A stretch of 48,126 bases of DNA from the IMG/VR virus record IMGVR_UViG_3300009678_000016, positions 1 through 48,126 of that record; one strand, 5' to 3'. The position numbers were made by a program, and so were the translations under genes. Source of the stretch: a virus. Lineage: Duplodnaviria; Caudoviricetes. Of the stretch, positions 35,873 to 43,012 are shown one piece after another (position 1 is the first letter of the stretch; the number at the start of each line of letters is the position of its first letter). The notes below the pieces were generated by a model. It searched no databases. It was not told where the DNA came from and was given only the letters and a program-made list of their open reading frames with translations.

Positions 35873-36250
35873 TTACAGCCTCTCTCTCATTTCCGCACAA
35901 TACGGAGATCCACAGGGACAATCGTCTGGATGCAGGCCTGGTGAGGTGGTGTCTCCCCTCTGCGATCCTGGATTCTGCATTGCCCATCTGGCGAGGCCTG
36001 CGCGGTTGCCTACCTCGAGCTCGCGGTACAGCCTGCTCAGGTCGTTGGCAATGCCGCGCACACCGGTACCCAGTGCGTGTGCAATGGATTTATCGCTCGC
36101 CCCCTCGCAGACAGCGCGGACGATCTGCTGCTCACGGGGACTGAGCTGTATGTCGCCGTTCGAATCATGTCTCAAGGTTTTGTGGGAGCTGGTGATTCTC
36201 CCGAAGCCAGCCCCCCACATGCACAAAACCCAACTTATCCCAGGGTACAA
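35873..36250 (-). CDS. LuxR-type HTH regulator (start uncertain)
   Basis: LSPREQQIVRAVCEGASDKSIAHALG..LYRELEVGNRAGL. Confidence 0.75.
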   Translation of the reverse strand: MYPGISWVLCMWGAGFGRITSSHKTLRHDSNGDIQLSPREQQIVRAVCEGASDKSIAHALGTGVRGIANDLSRLYRELEVGNRAGLARWAMQNPGSQRGDTTSPGLHPDDCPCGSPYCAEMRERL

Positions 36251-36312
36251 GATTGCACGGTGCAGAAATACAATCTATCGCCGGACACCCTGAGCAGCGC
36301 ATACTGCGACCA

Positions 36313-36738
36313 ATGAGCAAGCCCGTCAAGGTAGTTTCCATCGATCTCGCCAAACGCACCCAGAAAGTCGCCGAGTATCACGAGCTGAAGCGCCTGGAAG
36401 CCGTGTTCGCGCCGCATGGCGAACGCCTGACGCAGCTGCGGGAGGAAATCCAGACCTGGTACCCCGAAAAAGCGGACGATGAGCCGGTGAATGAAACCTA
36501 CGGCGACTACATCCTGCAGCTCGGTCCGCGCCAGAACGAGCGCGAAATCGTGAGCATGAGCAAGCTGTTCAATCAGCTGGGCAAAACCACATTTCTGAAG
36601 CTTTGCCGCTTCCCCCTCACCGTAATCGATCAAATCAAGATCGACCCCCAAATCCTCAAAGTCCTCGTAATCAAGCTCCGCACCGGCGCGCGCAGGGTAA
36701 CCACTGTAGCGGCCAACTCCTCATCGGAAGCGGCATGA
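36313..36738 (+). CDS. Hypothetical protein
   Basis: MSKPVKVV; first gene of the rightward operon. Confidence 0.65.
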   Translation: MSKPVKVVSIDLAKRTQKVAEYHELKRLEAVFAPHGERLTQLREEIQTWYPEKADDEPVNETYGDYILQLGPRQNEREIVSMSKLFNQLGKTTFLKLCRFPLTVIDQIKIDPQILKVLVIKLRTGARRVTTVAANSSSEAA

Positions 36739-37148
36739 TCGATCCCGGGCTGCTCGCCCTCCTCGGCACAGTAGTGAGCGTGGCGGGCGGGCAGATCTTG
36801 CAGATGATGCGCGAATCCCGGCACCGGAAGTGGGATCGCGAGGACCGGGCGCAGAAAGCGGCGGACCTGGCGGAGGCCTCGGCGGCGGACGCGGCGCGGA
36901 TCGCGAGAGAATTGGCTGCCACGGTGGCCCAATCGGCGACGAGTGTAGCGGCGACGGTTGCAAGAACCGCGGCGCAGAGCGATGCCGTGGCTAAGTCCCG
37001 AGCTGGCCAAGTCCTCCAAAAAATCGCCGAGAATACCGAGATCTCGGCGAAGGCGTTCCACGAAGCGAACCAGGCCAATTTGAAATTCATCCAGATCCAC
37101 GAACGGATGGACGCAAAGGACGAGCGGATGGACGCAAAGGAAACCTAA
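36735..37148 (+). CDS. Membrane-anchored coiled-coil protein (holin-like candidate)
   Basis: ATGA coupling; N-terminal TM segment then helical. Confidence 0.55.
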   Translation: MIDPGLLALLGTVVSVAGGQILQMMRESRHRKWDREDRAQKAADLAEASAADAARIARELAATVAQSATSVAATVARTAAQSDAVAKSRAGQVLQKIAENTEISAKAFHEANQANLKFIQIHERMDAKDERMDAKET

Positions 37149-37297
37149 TGCATGCAGCGCCCGGCAGACAAGGCCCGGTCGATGCGGGAACTGAGAAAGC
37201 GGAGAGGCGCGCCGTTCATACGACATCTGCCGATGCAGACGCGGAATGTGCTGCCCCGCAAGGATTCGGACGCGGATAGTTTTCGATGGAGGGAATT

Positions 37298-37786
37298 ATG
37301 GACGATTCAACATGTATTGGGCGGACCGGCTGGCAACCTTCAGTCGTCGCTCTCGGACTTCTACTTGCATTGGCTGTTGGATGTGGACTGAGGCGGCTGC
37401 ACGCCCAGACCCAGGTGCCCAGCGCCTCGATCAGCTACCCGGCCGTCCAGTTCGTCGTGATTCAAATCCTGACGCCGGCCGGCATCCTGCAGGTCCAGCT
37501 GCATCCGTCCATCGTGCTCGACACATCGGGTGCGGTACCCGTATTGCGCGTCGTGAGCGCGCCCACGCTACCTCCCAGACGCACGGAAGTATTCGGTCCG
37601 GGAGCCGCCTATACTACAGTCACTATGTCGCTCCCCCCCGACAGCCGAGAGATTCGCGTCTATCGCAACGGCCTGTTGATGGCCCCCACCATCGACTATT
37701 CGATAGCCGCGCAAGTTGTAACGTTTACGGTGCAGCCGACGCTCGCAGCCGATATCGTGCAGGTATCCTACGGGCCGCTCCCATGA
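37298..37786 (+). CDS. Secreted/membrane hypothetical protein
   Basis: SD GGAGG; signal-like segment; VYRNGLLMAPTIDY repeat-domain motif. Confidence 0.6.
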   Translation: MDDSTCIGRTGWQPSVVALGLLLALAVGCGLRRLHAQTQVPSASISYPAVQFVVIQILTPAGILQVQLHPSIVLDTSGAVPVLRVVSAPTLPPRRTEVFGPGAAYTTVTMSLPPDSREIRVYRNGLLMAPTIDYSIAAQVVTFTVQPTLAADIVQVSYGPLP

Positions 37787-38007
37787 TCCGGGTAGCGGAC
37801 GGCGCCACGCTCATCGTGTTCGCAGCCGAGGCGCACGGCGACACCGAATTCTCGCTGCCAATTGAAATCTTTCTGCTGCTGGCGAAAGAGGCGCGGACCA
37901 TCACCGAGTTCCGCACCATGTTTATTTTGGAATCGCGGATGGGCTGCACGCCCGGGAAGTTGCAAGCCAAGCGCCTCGCCCAAACGGCGAAAGCGGCGGC
38001 GGGGTAA
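37783..38007 (+). CDS. Hypothetical protein
   Basis: ATGA and TAATG coupling. Confidence 0.5.
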   Translation: MIRVADGATLIVFAAEAHGDTEFSLPIEIFLLLAKEARTITEFRTMFILESRMGCTPGKLQAKRLAQTAKAAAG

Positions 38008-38447
38008 TGGCCAAGCGCCCCCAGCCCTGCAAAAATCCCACGGTGCGCAAGCAGACCCGGCGCGCGATCGCGAAGAAGCTGGTTCAGAGGAAAGGCCCGA
38101 AGCAGATCGGCAAAGAACTGGGCATGTCGCGCCAGAATGTCAATTTTCATATCCGGGCGCCAGAGACGCAGGCATTCATCCGCGCAGCCCTGGACCCGTA
38201 CCTGGATGAGATCGCAGGACTGGTTCGCCCGGCGCTCAAAGTGGTACGGATCGCGCTCACCGGCAAGCGCGTGGCTACAGCGGACAAGCTCAGAGCCGTT
38301 AAAACGCTGGGCTATCTCATGGAGTTGGCAGAAGGGAGAAAAACCGATGGCGACGCTTCAGATTTGCCCCCGCGCTGGCACGGCACGCTCGAACAGCTCC
38401 TCATCCTGCACCACACCACGATCCACGTCCAGTCTCAGGCAGCGTGA
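38007..38447 (+). CDS. HTH protein, candidate terminase small subunit
   Basis: PKQIGKELGMSRQNVNFH HTH followed by helical DKLRAVKTL; 2.3 kb upstream of terL. Confidence 0.5.
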   Translation: MAKRPQPCKNPTVRKQTRRAIAKKLVQRKGPKQIGKELGMSRQNVNFHIRAPETQAFIRAALDPYLDEIAGLVRPALKVVRIALTGKRVATADKLRAVKTLGYLMELAEGRKTDGDASDLPPRWHGTLEQLLILHHTTIHVQSQAA

Positions 38448-38931
38448 CGCGCTGATCGAGCAGCACATCGGCTGGGCCCGTGACATCGCGGTCAAGGTGG
38501 CTGCCCATCTTCCGACGTGGTTTCATGCGGATGATCTGATGGGGCTCGCCGCGATCGCACTTCTGAACGCGGCGGCGAAGTACGATGCGGGCCGCGGCGT
38601 CCCCTTTCGAGCGTACGCGAGATTGGCGGTCGAAGGGGCATGTTATTCGGCAGCACGAAGGAACGAATACCGGGAGCGGGCACACGCAGAACTGCCCGAA
38701 GAGGCGGCGAGGGAAGAAAGCCCGAAAGCCAGAAATCGTGCTTTACCGGCAGCCGTGTGGGACCTTCCTCCCGATCAATACCGCGTGATCGAACTCTGTT
38801 ACCTGCACGACCTGACCGTCGAAGCAGCAGCGGCACGGATGCGGATTTCACCGAGTAAGGCGAGTCAGTTTCACCGGGCGGCGCTCCAATCGCTGAAGCG
38901 GGCGCTGGGTGAATCGAGAATGGCGGCATGA
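38347..38931 (+). CDS. RNA polymerase sigma-70 family factor, FliA/WhiG (sigma28)-like
   Basis: Region 2 DDLMGLA..AAAKYDAGRGVPFRAYARL.VEGA; region 4 LPPDQYRVIELCYLHDLTVEAAAARMRISPSKASQFHRAALQSLK; start placed at ATG 38347 after GGGAG. Confidence 0.85.
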   Translation: MATLQICPRAGTARSNSSSSCTTPRSTSSLRQRDALIEQHIGWARDIAVKVAAHLPTWFHADDLMGLAAIALLNAAAKYDAGRGVPFRAYARLAVEGACYSAARRNEYRERAHAELPEEAAREESPKARNRALPAAVWDLPPDQYRVIELCYLHDLTVEAAAARMRISPSKASQFHRAALQSLKRALGESRMAA

Positions 38932-39023
38932 AGGACTGGTTGCCGCTGCTGTTCGTTACCCTTGTGTGGTTCCTCTTCGGCTTTTTGGTGGGCTTTGCGC
39001 TGAACGGCGGATTGAAAAAGTGA
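38928..39023 (+). CDS. 31-aa single-TM peptide
   Basis: MKDWLPLLFVTLVWFLFGFLVGFALNGGLKK; coupled at both ends. Confidence 0.5.
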   Translation: MKDWLPLLFVTLVWFLFGFLVGFALNGGLKK

Positions 39024-39475
39024 CTCCAGGTCCCAGCCTCGATCAGTTGACCCGCGAAATCTTCCACTTCGAAGATCAGGCCATCGAGCACGCCGAGAGC
39101 GCGGTGAAATTCAAAGCGGAGATCGGCAAGCGTTTGATCGCGGCCAAGGAGCTGCTACCGCACGGCCACTTCATGCCCTGGGCAGAAAAACAATTCGGTT
39201 GGAGTCACCGGCACGTGACCAATCACATGGAGCTGGCGCGAAAGTGGAAGCGCGTTTCTACTTTGCCGGAGGGGGCAAGCCTCAGAATGGCTCTCTCGGC
39301 GGTCGCGGGATCGAACGATTCCCCCGCTCCCAAGGTCGAACATAATAAATTTGTTATACCGCTGCTCTCCGGCGAAGAGGCGGTAGTCGAGCTGAGAACC
39401 GGCGACCCCGAGCAGCTCTGCGCCACGTTCGACGCGCGAAGCCTCACGTTTCGCCGGCTGCGAAAAGCAGCGTAA
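39020..39475 (+). CDS. DUF3102-like protein
   Basis: EIGKRLIAAKELLPHGHFMPW..FGWSHR...HMELA. Confidence 0.75.
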   Translation: MTPGPSLDQLTREIFHFEDQAIEHAESAVKFKAEIGKRLIAAKELLPHGHFMPWAEKQFGWSHRHVTNHMELARKWKRVSTLPEGASLRMALSAVAGSNDSPAPKVEHNKFVIPLLSGEEAVVELRTGDPEQLCATFDARSLTFRRLRKAA

Positions 39476-39483
39476 GGCGATAA
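39476..39483 (+). promoter_or_regulatory. Putative sigma28-type -10 box GGCGATAA (lysis/terminase operon)
   Basis: Intergenic; followed by a short leader with AGAGG and ATG 39503. Confidence 0.65.
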
Positions 39484-39502
39484 CCCCGGCAGAGGTTTTA
39501 GA

Positions 39503-39691
39503 ATGCCGCTGCTGAACGTCATCATCGTGCTGATCGTTGTGGGTCTGTGCCTTTACCTTGTCCAGACATACATCCCGATGGCGGCGCCCATCAAAACCGT
39601 GATCACCGTGGTAGTCGTGCTGGTGCTCTGCATCTGGCTGCTGCAAGTCTTCGGCATTACGGACGGCTCAGTCGGACCCAGGCTCCGCTGA
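39503..39691 (+). CDS. Two-TM small membrane protein (Thivi_2564-like; possible holin)
   Basis: IVLIVVGLCLYLV.TYIPMAAPIK..VVVLV..WLL; lies before the endolysin. Confidence 0.7.
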   Translation: MPLLNVIIVLIVVGLCLYLVQTYIPMAAPIKTVITVVVVLVLCIWLLQVFGITDGSVGPRLR

Positions 39692-39794
39692 AGATGGTAA
39701 TCGGAAGCGGTTGGTACGGCGGCTTCTACTGGGTCATCGTGGACCGGGGCATGCGCGCGCGGCATGTGGTCTACTGCTGGCCGGACTGAATTCG

Positions 39795-40109
39795 ATGGCG
39801 GAAACCCTGCGTCAAAAGCAATCGCGATTCGTGAGACTGCTCCCGGAGCTGATTCACTTTGCGGACGATCACGGGTATGAACTGACGCTGGGCGAAGCCT
39901 ACCGGCCACCGGCACAATCCCGCAAGGGCGGCTCCCTGCATTCGAGCAGGCTGGCCATCGATCTGAACTTATTCCGCGACGGCGTGTGGCTCAAGAAAAC
40001 CGAAGATCACCGTGAGCTGGGCGAGTTCTGGGAGTCCATCGGTGGCACCTGGGGCGGTCGGTTTGGCGACGGGAATCACTACTCAATTTCCCATGCTGGC
40101 CTGAAGTGA
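39795..40109 (+). CDS. M15-family metallopeptidase endolysin
   Basis: GEAYR, SLHSSRLAIDLN, WGGRF.DGNHYS. Confidence 0.85.
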   Translation: MAETLRQKQSRFVRLLPELIHFADDHGYELTLGEAYRPPAQSRKGGSLHSSRLAIDLNLFRDGVWLKKTEDHRELGEFWESIGGTWGGRFGDGNHYSISHAGLK

Positions 40110-40441
40110 GCGAGCCTACTTACGTCGCAACCCCACGCAACTGCTTCCGTTGCGGCGACGAATTCACAGCCACCGATAGCGCGCGAATCTGCCCGAAGTG
40201 CCGGAAGCCGGTCACCCACGAGAGGCACGCGCTACCCTTCAAGCCCCCGAGCTTCCGCGAAAATCAGGTGATCGAGCGCGTGGCGCTGGGCCTGGCGAAC
40301 AAAGAAATTGCCGCGCAGCTACACCTGGCGGAGGGGACCATCAAGGAGTATCTGAACCGGATCTTTCGCAAGCTGAAGGTCACGAACCGAACCGAGCTTG
40401 CGATATGGGCAATCGCTCACAGGGGCGATACGCCAGCATGA
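40106..40441 (+). CDS. Zn-ribbon plus LuxR-type HTH regulator
   Basis: CFRC..CPKC; GLANKEIAAQLHLAEGTIKEYLNRIFRKL. Confidence 0.85.
   Translation: MSEPTYVATPRNCFRCGDEFTATDSARICPKCRKPVTHERHALPFKPPSFRENQVIERVALGLANKEIAAQLHLAEGTIKEYLNRIFRKLKVTNRTELAIWAIAHRGDTPA
40424..40431 (+). promoter_or_regulatory. Putative sigma28-type -10 variant GGCGATAC
   Basis: GGCGATAC-GCCAGC-ATG(40438). Confidence 0.6.
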
Positions 40442-40641
40442 AAACTCTTCTCCTTTTTCTGGTTCTCGCTTGCGCGGCGCAGGCCGGAGTGCTGCGCGTC
40501 GTGTCGTATCCGTTTCGAGTGTCGCCGGTGAAACTGGTGCTGCCGGGTTTGAAGGTGCTCACCTATCCCGTGGTGCATCCGGTGAAGACTCTGAAGCCGC
40601 TGGTGTTTCCCATCGTGCACCCGAAGCGCTTCTGGGTATGA
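40438..40641 (+). CDS. Small secreted cationic repeat peptide
   Basis: Signal peptide MKTLLLFLVLACAAQA; YP..SPVK / YPVVHPVK / FPIVHPKR repeats. Confidence 0.65.
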   Translation: MKTLLLFLVLACAAQAGVLRVVSYPFRVSPVKLVLPGLKVLTYPVVHPVKTLKPLVFPIVHPKRFWV

Positions 40642-40673
40642 ACCGGAAGCATGTGAATCAGACTTCTCGGCAC

Positions 40674-40700
40674 CCGCGCCCCACGAGCAGAACGTTCAAA
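40674..40700 (+). repeat. Dispersed 27-bp motif, copy 7
   Basis: CCGCGCCCCACGAGCAGAACGTTCAAA, 2 nt before the terL ATG. Confidence 0.9.
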
Positions 40701-40702
40701 AT

Positions 40703-42427
40703 ATGAACAGCCAGCTCACCCCCGCCGAGCAAGCCGCACTCATCCGAGGCTTCGGCTGCCACGATAAATTCGCGGCTGAATCCTTGCGCATCCAAACCAA
40801 GACCGGCGGCATGGTGCCGATGATCCTCCAGCCCGCTCAAATCAAATTGATGAAGGCCATCAACAGGCAGAGAGCCGCAAGAGTGCCGGTTCGAATCTGC
40901 TATCTGAAGGCGGGCCAGGTCATGGTGAGCAGCGGCACGGCGGCACAGAATTTCCACTTAGTCCCATTCATGCCGGGCCGGCATTGTCTGGCAGTCGCCG
41001 ATTCCGAAGACCACAGCAAAATGGTCTTTCGCTACTACAAGGATTTCCAGAGCGAGTATCAGCCCTTCACCGCGGGGATCCCCGGCGCTGGCGTCTGCCT
41101 TCCCGAGCTGATCAACGACAAGGACGATACGCTGCACTGGGCGAACGGCTCATTCATCCGCTGTGTAACCGGGGCCAACGTTCACGCGGGCAGGTCGCAG
41201 CCGTGGCATGCTCTGCAAATCTCCGAGTTCGGCTTCATGCCGCATGGCCAGATCTTTCTCGACGGAACGCTGCCCCGCGTCCCAAATCTTGCGGAGACGC
41301 TGGTGGTGATCGAGTCCACCGGCTTCGGCGAGGGCGGACCATTCTACGAACTCTGCCAGCGGTGCCAGGATCCAACGCGGGCGGGCGGTTGGCTATTTCT
41401 CTTCTTCGCGTGGTGGGAACATCCGGAATATCAGATCGATGTGGCGGATCCGCATTACCTGCAGAAAGACTTGAGCCCGGAAGAGAAAGACGAGATCGTC
41501 CAATACAAACTGACGCTGAGACAGATCGCATGGAGGCGCGATGCGCTCGCGAACAAGTGCAGCCACAAGGTCGATATCTTCCGCCAGGAGTTCCCAGCGA
41601 ACCCGCGCGAAGCCTTCCAGGGATCGAGCCGCACCTATCTGGATTTGGGAGCAGTCGAGCGGTGCTGTCAGATCGAGGAGCCGATGCGTGGCGAGCTCGA
41701 GATCGTGCAGCTTGGACCCGAGCGAAAAGTGCAATTTCAGCAGAAGGAATACGGCGCCTTCTCGATCTATCGAAAGCCGCGCAAGGGCGGGCGCTACGTG
41801 ATCGGCGCGGATTCGGCGCAAGGCAAAGATCCCGAGGCGAAGAAGGGCGGCAGGTCGGATCCGGATTACGCGGCCGCTTCGGTGCGAGATGCCGATACGG
41901 GCGAACAGGTGGCGGTGTTTCACGATCGTGTGACCGAAAGCTACTTCGGGAAGCAGGTGTACGCACTGGGCTGGTATTACTCGTGGGCCTATATCGTGCC
42001 TGAAACCGTGGGAGCCGGCAGGGCCTTCCTGCAGGCGCTGCTCGAAAACGGCTATCCGCAGGACCGCATCTATCGCAAGCAGCGGCCCGCTGGCGACATG
42101 CGGCCGGTGACCTTCAACGAGCTGGGTTACCAGACGGACACTGTAACGCGGCCGGTGCTGCTGAGTTCGCTCGATACGGCGTTCCTCGAAGGGTCAATCA
42201 CTGTTCACCACGGGCAAACGGCGCAGGAGTGCCGTACGTTGGTGAGAGATCCGGAAGGCAAGGTAGCGGCCAAATTCGGCCAGCATGACGATCTGGTTTT
42301 CGCCGAGGCGCTGAGCGTAATCGGGCTGCGCTATGTTCCGATTAAGCCAATGCAAACGGAAGAGGAGCGGCGGAACAACTGGCGGCCGGTGAAGTACGGG
42401 CAGAGAGGACGTGACGACGATGACTAG
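40703..42427 (+). CDS. terL: Terminase large subunit
   Basis: QPAQ adenine-binding motif, YLKAGQ Walker A-like, LQISE Walker B, IEST coupling motif, QEFP, YVIGADSAQG and HDDLVFA nuclease motifs. Confidence 0.92.
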   Translation: MNSQLTPAEQAALIRGFGCHDKFAAESLRIQTKTGGMVPMILQPAQIKLMKAINRQRAARVPVRICYLKAGQVMVSSGTAAQNFHLVPFMPGRHCLAVADSEDHSKMVFRYYKDFQSEYQPFTAGIPGAGVCLPELINDKDDTLHWANGSFIRCVTGANVHAGRSQPWHALQISEFGFMPHGQIFLDGTLPRVPNLAETLVVIESTGFGEGGPFYELCQRCQDPTRAGGWLFLFFAWWEHPEYQIDVADPHYLQKDLSPEEKDEIVQYKLTLRQIAWRRDALANKCSHKVDIFRQEFPANPREAFQGSSRTYLDLGAVERCCQIEEPMRGELEIVQLGPERKVQFQQKEYGAFSIYRKPRKGGRYVIGADSAQGKDPEAKKGGRSDPDYAAASVRDADTGEQVAVFHDRVTESYFGKQVYALGWYYSWAYIVPETVGAGRAFLQALLENGYPQDRIYRKQRPAGDMRPVTFNELGYQTDTVTRPVLLSSLDTAFLEGSITVHHGQTAQECRTLVRDPEGKVAAKFGQHDDLVFAEALSVIGLRYVPIKPMQTEEERRNNWRPVKYGQRGRDDDD

Positions 42428-42605
42428 CCTGCTGGTGGCGATCCTTCTTACGGCGCTGTGGATCTGGGTGGCTGTTTGCCTGGTGTGCTTTCTGGTCTAT
42501 GCATTCCGGGGCAAGCTGGTGCCCTACCCGGTTTCCTTCACGATGATTGCGGTGAGCGTGTTCCTGGGCTTTCGGCTGGCCCGAAGTATCTGGTTAATTT
42601 CATGA
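42420..42605 (+). CDS. Small two-TM membrane protein
   Basis: Hydrophobic; coupled. Confidence 0.55.
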   Translation: MTSLLVAILLTALWIWVAVCLVCFLVYAFRGKLVPYPVSFTMIAVSVFLGFRLARSIWLIS

Positions 42606-42802
42606 CTGACCTCGAAGCCAACGAGCGCTGTGTGACCTGCCGGTTCTACGAAGGGCATGAACGATACGGCCACTGTCGAAGGAATCCGCCAGTCGTGTTG
42701 TATGCAGGCGACGAAGGACGTTTCACCGTGTTCCCTGAAGTTCTGGCGTCGTGGTGGTGTGGAGAGTTCCAGCGAGGAGCCGATGTCGGACCTGCAAAGT
42801 AG
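42602..42802 (+). CDS. Small Cys-rich protein
   Basis: CVTCRFY..GHCRRNPP..WCGEF. Confidence 0.65.
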   Translation: MTDLEANERCVTCRFYEGHERYGHCRRNPPVVLYAGDEGRFTVFPEVLASWWCGEFQRGADVGPAK

Positions 42803-42989
42803 ACCTTACCGTCCCGACCCCGCGCAATGCTGCGAGGCGTGCGTATTCGGATCGGGCGAGCATAAGGAATGGTGCAAGCGGCAACCCGCGCTGTCCTGTC
42901 CGGAATGCGGAGCCGAGGCAGGGTGCGCTGCACTCCTGGAAGGTCATCGGTGGTGGCAGCACGGCGTGATTCTCCCGGCATCGTTGTAG
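42783..42989 (+). CDS. Small Cys-rich protein
   Basis: SD GAGGAG; CCEACVFGSGEHKEWC. Confidence 0.55.
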   Translation: MSDLQSRPYRPDPAQCCEACVFGSGEHKEWCKRQPALSCPECGAEAGCAALLEGHRWWQHGVILPASL

Positions 42990-42996
42990 TTCCACT

Positions 42997-43004
42997 GGCG
43001 ATAA
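42997..43004 (+). promoter_or_regulatory. Putative sigma28-type -10 box GGCGATAA
   Basis: 8 nt before GTG 43013; no obvious SD. Confidence 0.65.
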
Positions 43005-43012
43005 GCCGGTGA

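Noticed and set aside
37101-37142. 21-bp near-tandem repeat (ERMDAKD ERMDAKE)
   Set aside because: In-frame heptad duplication in a coiled coil; unremarkable
37272-37279. GCGGATAG 6 nt before ATG 37286 as another late promoter
   Set aside because: Spacing fits, but it has too many mismatches to the GGCGATA core to call
201-40700. 27-bp motif as CRISPR repeats or as a LexA box
   Set aside because: Copies are kilobases apart with no spacer array and no cas genes; GAGY-N5-GTTC fits neither GAAC-N4-GTTC nor GTTC-N7-GTTC, and strict co-orientation is unexpected for a palindromic operator
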